Below, in pieces: positions 59,390 to 64,000 of a stretch of DNA of 64,000 bases (its first letter is position 1; every line of letters starts with the position of its first letter). Source of the DNA: an uncultured Gemmataceae bacterium. Its GTDB lineage: Bacteria; Planctomycetota; Planctomycetia; Gemmatales; Gemmataceae. The translations under genes and the position numbers were made by a program. The stretch is from NCBI GenBank assembly GCA_963750165.1, contig CAVVPN010000001.1:352001-416000 (forward strand). The letters are read 5' to 3'. A model generated the notes under the pieces. The model was not told the DNA's origin and did not search any database. It saw only the letters and a program-made list of their open reading frames with translations.

Positions 59390-61240
59390 TCAGACGATGT
59401 TCTCCGCCACCGGCAGCGTCAGTCGGAACACCATCCCCGTGCCCGGCTGGCTCTCGCACGTCACGGTGCCGCCGTGCGCCGTGGCGATCTCCTGCACAAT
59501 GGCCAGCCCCAGCCCGGTGCCGGCGCCGCGACTCTGACCCGGCACGCGGAAGAACTTCTCGAACACGTGCGGTAGGTGCTCCGGCGCGATGCCGATGCCC
59601 GTGTCCGCCACCGCCAGCTCCACGGCCCCGTCCGCGGCGCGGGCGCTCAGCGTGATCTTGCCGCCGCGGTCGGTGTACGTCAGCGCGTTGTCCAGCAGAT
59701 TTCGCAGGGCGTGGCCGATGCGCCCGGCGTCCGCCGACACGTCCGGCAGGTCTGGCGGCACGTCCAGCGTCAGTTCGACCCCCTTGTCCACCGCCCGCGG
59801 CCGCACCGCCTCGGCCGCCGCCTGCAACAGTTCCGCCGGCGCCTCCGGCCGCGTGTCCAGCTGCCGCCAGCCCTGCTCGAAGCGCGCCAGGTCCAGCAGG
59901 TGTTCAACGACCGCCAGCAGGCGCTCGCTGTTGTCGCGGGCGTCCAGCAGCAGTTCGGTCTGCTTGGGACTGAGCGGTCCCAGCGTCTCCTCCTCTAGCA
60001 GCAGGTGCAGCGCCAGCCGCAGACTGGTCAGCGGTGTCTTGAGTTCGTGACTGGCGGTAGCTACCAGGTTACTTTTCACCTGATCGAGCAGCCGCAGCCG
60101 CGTCACGTCCTGAAGCAGCACCGCCGTGCCCAGGGCGTGACCGTGCGGGTCGCGGATGAACAGGACGCGCGGCAGCACCGCCCGTTCGCGGCCACCGCCG
60201 TTCAGCAGGATGGCGTGGTCGAGCCCTTCGGGCAGATAGTTGCCCTGATCGCGCAGGGCGCGGGCCAGCGGTTCGCGCAGCGGCTCGGGCGGGTTCCAGA
60301 CACCGCCTGGCTGGCCATCGTGGCGCGGCAGCACACCGAGCAGCCGCCGCGCCGCCGGGTTGGCCATCTCGACACGGCCTTCCGGGTCGAGCACCACCAC
60401 CGGGTCGGGGAAGGAGTCGATGGTCGCCTGGCTGGTTTTCTGGGCGCGGAGCAGGCGGGCCGACTGTGACTGGCGGTACTCGCGCAGGTGACGGGCCATC
60501 GTGTTGAAGGCGCCGGCCAACTGGCCCAGTTCGTCGCCCTGATCCTGCGGCAGCACCTGGTCGAGGTTGCCGGCGCTGATGTTCAGGGCCGCGTCGGTCA
60601 GGGCGCGGATGGGCCGCAGGACGCTGCGCACGGTGTGCAGCGCGGACAGCGCCGCCAGCAGCAGGGCGACGACCAGGCCGACGCCGAACCAGAAGAACGA
60701 GGCGGCCGCGGCCTGCTGGGCCTCCGCGCTGGCGTGCATCATGCTGCGGTGGTTCAGGTCGGCGATGTTCCGGGTCACGGCCTTGAGCTGCTTGAAAGTC
60801 GCCTCCAGACCGCCATCGCCGTAGTAGTCCTGTTTGCGCTCCGGGGCGTGCATCGGGCGACCGAAGAAGACCTCGCCCTGCTGGCGGTAGCGCCGGGTCA
60901 GGCGGTCGAGTTCCTGAACCAGTTGATCCTCGCCCGGCTCGGTGATGTTGTTCCGTTCCTTGGTCAGCCAGTCCTGGTACTGGGCCCAGTGGGACTCGTA
61001 CTGTTGCCGCGCCCGCTCCTCCTTGCCGGTCATGGCGAAGGTGAACGAGGAGTCAATGCGCTCCAGCGATTCGCCGAGCGCTTCCATGTAGCGGACGCTG
61101 CGGTAGTTGTCGTGCAGGATGGCGCCGATGCTGCTGCCCAGCCGCGACAACAGCACGGCGCCGAAGATTCCCAGCACCGCCACCAGCACCAGCAAGGGCA
61201 CCAGCGGCAACACGATGCGGTAGCGCAGGGACAGGGTCAT
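59390..61240 (-). CDS. Sensor histidine kinase (2TM-HAMP-PAS-HisKA-HATPase, KinB-like)
   Basis: DELGQLA, SHELKTPL, NLLDNA, DTGIGI and GTGLGL motifs; start ATG 61240. Confidence 0.9.
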   Translation of the reverse strand: MTLSLRYRIVLPLVPLLVLVAVLGIFGAVLLSRLGSSIGAILHDNYRSVRYMEALGESLERIDSSFTFAMTGKEERARQQYESHWAQYQDWLTKERNNITEPGEDQLVQELDRLTRRYRQQGEVFFGRPMHAPERKQDYYGDGGLEATFKQLKAVTRNIADLNHRSMMHASAEAQQAAAASFFWFGVGLVVALLLAALSALHTVRSVLRPIRALTDAALNISAGNLDQVLPQDQGDELGQLAGAFNTMARHLREYRQSQSARLLRAQKTSQATIDSFPDPVVVLDPEGRVEMANPAARRLLGVLPRHDGQPGGVWNPPEPLREPLARALRDQGNYLPEGLDHAILLNGGGRERAVLPRVLFIRDPHGHALGTAVLLQDVTRLRLLDQVKSNLVATASHELKTPLTSLRLALHLLLEEETLGPLSPKQTELLLDARDNSERLLAVVEHLLDLARFEQGWRQLDTRPEAPAELLQAAAEAVRPRAVDKGVELTLDVPPDLPDVSADAGRIGHALRNLLDNALTYTDRGGKITLSARAADGAVELAVADTGIGIAPEHLPHVFEKFFRVPGQSRGAGTGLGLAIVQEIATAHGGTVTCESQPGTGMVFRLTLPVAENIV

Positions 61241-61275
61241 GGAGGCCTCATTTCTCGTGCATGGGCACGAGCGTA

Positions 61276-62630
61276 TTAGAATCCTGGGAGGTTCCGCTGG
61301 CGGTACAACTTCCGTTTGCGGAACAGGGTGCTCGGATCGATACCCAGGACGACGGCGGCCTCCTCCAGCGTGGCGGTGCGGGCCAGCACGCGGCGGATAT
61401 GCTCGACCTCCAGTTCCTCCAGCGTCACGTTGCCGCCGACCTCCGGGCTCTTCTCCGCCGCCGGCGGCGCCCCCACCTGGGCTGGCAGATCCGCCGCCTG
61501 CACCGGCGGCGCCGCACACAGGATGACGCCGCGCTCGATGGCGTTGCGCAGCTCGCGGACATTGCCCGGCCACGGATAGCGCAGCAAGGCCGCCCGCGCG
61601 TCGTCGGTGAAGGCATAGTCCGACTTGCCCGCCTGCGCGCGAAGAACTGCAGCAGGTGCTCGGCCAGCGGCACAATATCCTGGCGGCGCTGGCGCAGCGG
61701 CGGCAGCACCACCTCAATGACATTCAGCCGATACCACAAATCCTCGCGGAACGCTCCCGTGGCCACGGCCGTCTGCAGATCGCGGTTGGTCGCGGCCAGG
61801 ATGCGCACGTCACAGGCGCGCGTCTGGGTCTCGCCGACGCGCTCGTAACGCTTTTCCTGCAACAGCCGCAGCAGCTTGGGCTGCAGGGCCAGCGGCAGGT
61901 CGCCAACCTCGTCGAGCAGCAGCGTGCCGCCGGCGGCCGCCGCCACCTTGCCGACCGTATCCTGCACCGCCCCCGTGAAGGCGCCGCGGACATGGCCGAA
62001 CAACTCGCTTTCGAGCAACTCCGCCGACAGGCTCGGGCAGTTGACGGTGACAAACGGCCCCTGGGCGCGCGGACTGCGGGCGTGGACGGCGCGAGCCAGC
62101 ACGCCCTTGCCGGTGCCGCTTTCGCCGCGGATCAGCAGGGTCGCGTCTGTCGGTGCCACCCGAAAGGCCACGTCGAGCGCCTGCCGCATGGCCGGCTCGG
62201 TCGTTTGCAGGTCCGCCTCGGGCACGGCGGCGCGCACCTGCGCCTCCAGGTCCTCGACGTGTGTCTGCAAACGGCGCAGCCGCTGAACGCGGTCGAAGAT
62301 GATACGGAGTTGACCGGGCGTGAACGGCTTGGGCAGGTAGTCGAAGGCGCCGCGGCGCATGGCCTCCACGGCCGTCTCGATGGTGGCGTAGGCGGTGACC
62401 ACCACGACGGCCAGGCCGGGCGCCAGCCGCAGCAGCGCCGGCAGCGTGTCCAGCCCGCGTTCGCGGCCCAGCCGCAGATCCAGGAACGCCACGTCGAACG
62501 AGCGGTGCCCCAGCAGGTCCAGAGCCTGGGCGCTGTCCGCGGCCTCGGTGACCTGATGGCCCATCGTCTCCAGGGCCAGGCGCAGCGACTTCCGCAGACT
62601 GCCGTCGTCGTCGATCACCAACGTGTTCAT
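61276..62630 (-). CDS. Sigma-54-dependent response regulator (AlgB/NtrC-like), frameshift ~61636
   Basis: REC domain, [13 protein letters not shown] and FREDL motifs; WPGNVREL and Fis HTH in ORF 61276-61587. Confidence 0.9.
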
Positions 62631-62770
62631 GCTACCTCCGCATTTCCAGGAGGTATCAGGCATTTTGCATACCGGCGGCCGCACCCGATATTGCGAAGCG
62701 CATGCGCTTGTTCAAGCGGACATTATCGCACGGCCCAGTTGCGCGGCGGTTACAGGCTCCATCCAGGAGG

Positions 62771-62804
62771 TTGCATTTTGCACGACATGGATTGCAAAAT
62801 GCAA
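62771..62804. promoter_or_regulatory. Putative enhancer-binding (UAS) inverted repeat
   Basis: ttgcattttgca-N10-tgcaaaatgcaa upstream of the response regulator; extra half site near 62660. Confidence 0.55.
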
Positions 62805-63298
62805 GGCAAGAAATGGCTTCAAGTTGGCTGTGCGCTTGTCGGCGGCACCGAGGGGCAGCGACACGCGGTCCGACGCGCGCGACGGACATCAGCTTGCTTC
62901 AGGGTATAGATGCATCTGCGGGGGGTTAGGACCAGGGCGCGCAAGACATGGTCCCGGCGCACAAGCCCAGAGCCCAGCCAGGATCTGGGCCTTCCTCGTT
63001 GGGTAGACGGAATTGGTCAGCAGGTCGGACACCGCAGTCTGGTTTTCCGTTGACAGTGGGAAGCTGCATCCGGAAGATCGGCAAGGCCGTACTGCTGGGA
63101 CGGCAGCACTCCCACTCCCGAAAGGATCCCAGGCTACCCATGGAGACGACTGCCACCCTGTACCCGCTCGCACCCTCCGGTCTGCCCTTCGAGCGGTCAC
63201 CCGCGTTCCTCGCTGCCCTGCACTTCGTGCAACAGGGCGGGCTAGAAAGAACCTCAACCTTTGGCGCCCGCAGGCGCCCTTTCGAGCACGGTTCTGTG

Positions 63299-64000
63299 TC
63301 AGCGCCCGGCGAAGTCCACAAGGCGTTGCCTTTCCGGGTCCCAGAGTTTGAGCCGCAGGCAGCGGTAGACGGCCCGTAGGCTGAGGGAGGTCGTCCCCGG
63401 CGACTGCAAGTCCGCCAGGCGGGCCATGGCCTCAGGCAGCCGGTAGAAAGGGATGCGCGCGTTGAGGTGGTGGACGTGATGGTACCCAATGTTGCCGGTG
63501 AGCCAGCGCAGCACCGGCCCCATGGCGATGTAACTCGACCCGGCCAGGGCGGCGTCGGCGTAATCCCACAAGCCTTTCTCCTGGAACCGCGCTCCCGGGA
63601 AATTGTGCTGCGCGTAGAACAGGTACGCCCCCAGCGCCGTCGCCACCCACAGGGGCACGAGCAGCGCCCACAGTAGCACGGCCGGGTTGAGGGCCGCGAG
63701 GGCTGCGACCAGTGCGGCGTGGATGACCAGTGCCGCGGCGCAGTCCGCGTGCCGGCGCGGCCGGAGCAGGAACGGGGCCAGGCACATGCCGTACAGGAAC
63801 ACCGTCGCGTAGCCGGCCAGGATGGTCAGGGGGTGCCGGCCCAGAGCGTAGGCCAGGCGCCGCCTCCGGGAGGCTCGGGTATAGGCCCGCGTCGTCATCA
63901 CGCGGAAGCTGCCCACGCCCGACGCCTGGAGTCGGCCGTTGTGGCTGTGGTGGTAGTGATGCGTACGCCGCCAGACGCTCTGAGGGGTCAGCAGCAATAG
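63299..64000 (-). CDS. Fatty acid desaturase (5' part outside the window)
   Basis: HHYHH, QH and HHVHH histidine boxes; TM segments. Confidence 0.88.
   Translation of the reverse strand, partial: LLLLTPQSVWRRTHHYHHSHNGRLQASGVGSFRVMTTRAYTRASRRRRLAYALGRHPLTILAGYATVFLYGMCLAPFLLRPRRHADCAAALVIHAALVAALAALNPAVLLWALLVPLWVATALGAYLFYAQHNFPGARFQEKGLWDYADAALAGSSYIAMGPVLRWLTGNIGYHHVHHLNARIPFYRLPEAMARLADLQSPGTTSLSLRAVYRCLRLKLWDPERQRLVDFAGR

Noticed and set aside
12050..61640. Programmed frameshifting or pseudogenisation in hisB, vapC, the WD40, HTH, lipoprotein, response-regulator and other genes
   Set aside because: About eight single-base indels without slippery sites in otherwise intact genes, including hisB, are best explained by sequencing or assembly errors. 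Read mapping would settle it.

Overview
High-GC bacterial chromosome segment, very probably from a planctomycete (Gemmataceae-like: DUF1559, DUF1549/DUF1553 and TIGR03067 proteins, many REP-like palindromes). It carries housekeeping genes (pcrA/uvrD with a 360-aa intein, acpS, gmhA-like, hisC, hisB, aspartate aminotransferase, purD) and tRNA-Leu(CAG) and tRNA-Gly(CCC). Between the two tRNAs lies a ~15-kb composite island: a complete 5.7-kb integrase/SSB-like/Prim-Pol-DUF3987 element with a 51-bp att repeat, then a decayed second element with IS3, IS701 and HEPN-type cargo. Several IS elements and two TA pairs are also present. The most striking signal is non-coding, at 45790-46310: two abutting copies of a ~250-270-nt structured element with full retron msr-msd architecture. 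They closely resemble the myxobacterial Mx162/Sa163 msDNA class as I recall it, share a conserved scaffold, and carry completely different 30-bp hairpin stems. No reverse transcriptase is encoded anywhere in the window, so this looks like an orphan tandem retron-ncRNA array. About eight single-base frameshifts, including one in hisB, probably reflect assembly indel errors. All family assignments come from reading motifs by eye; no database searches were run.
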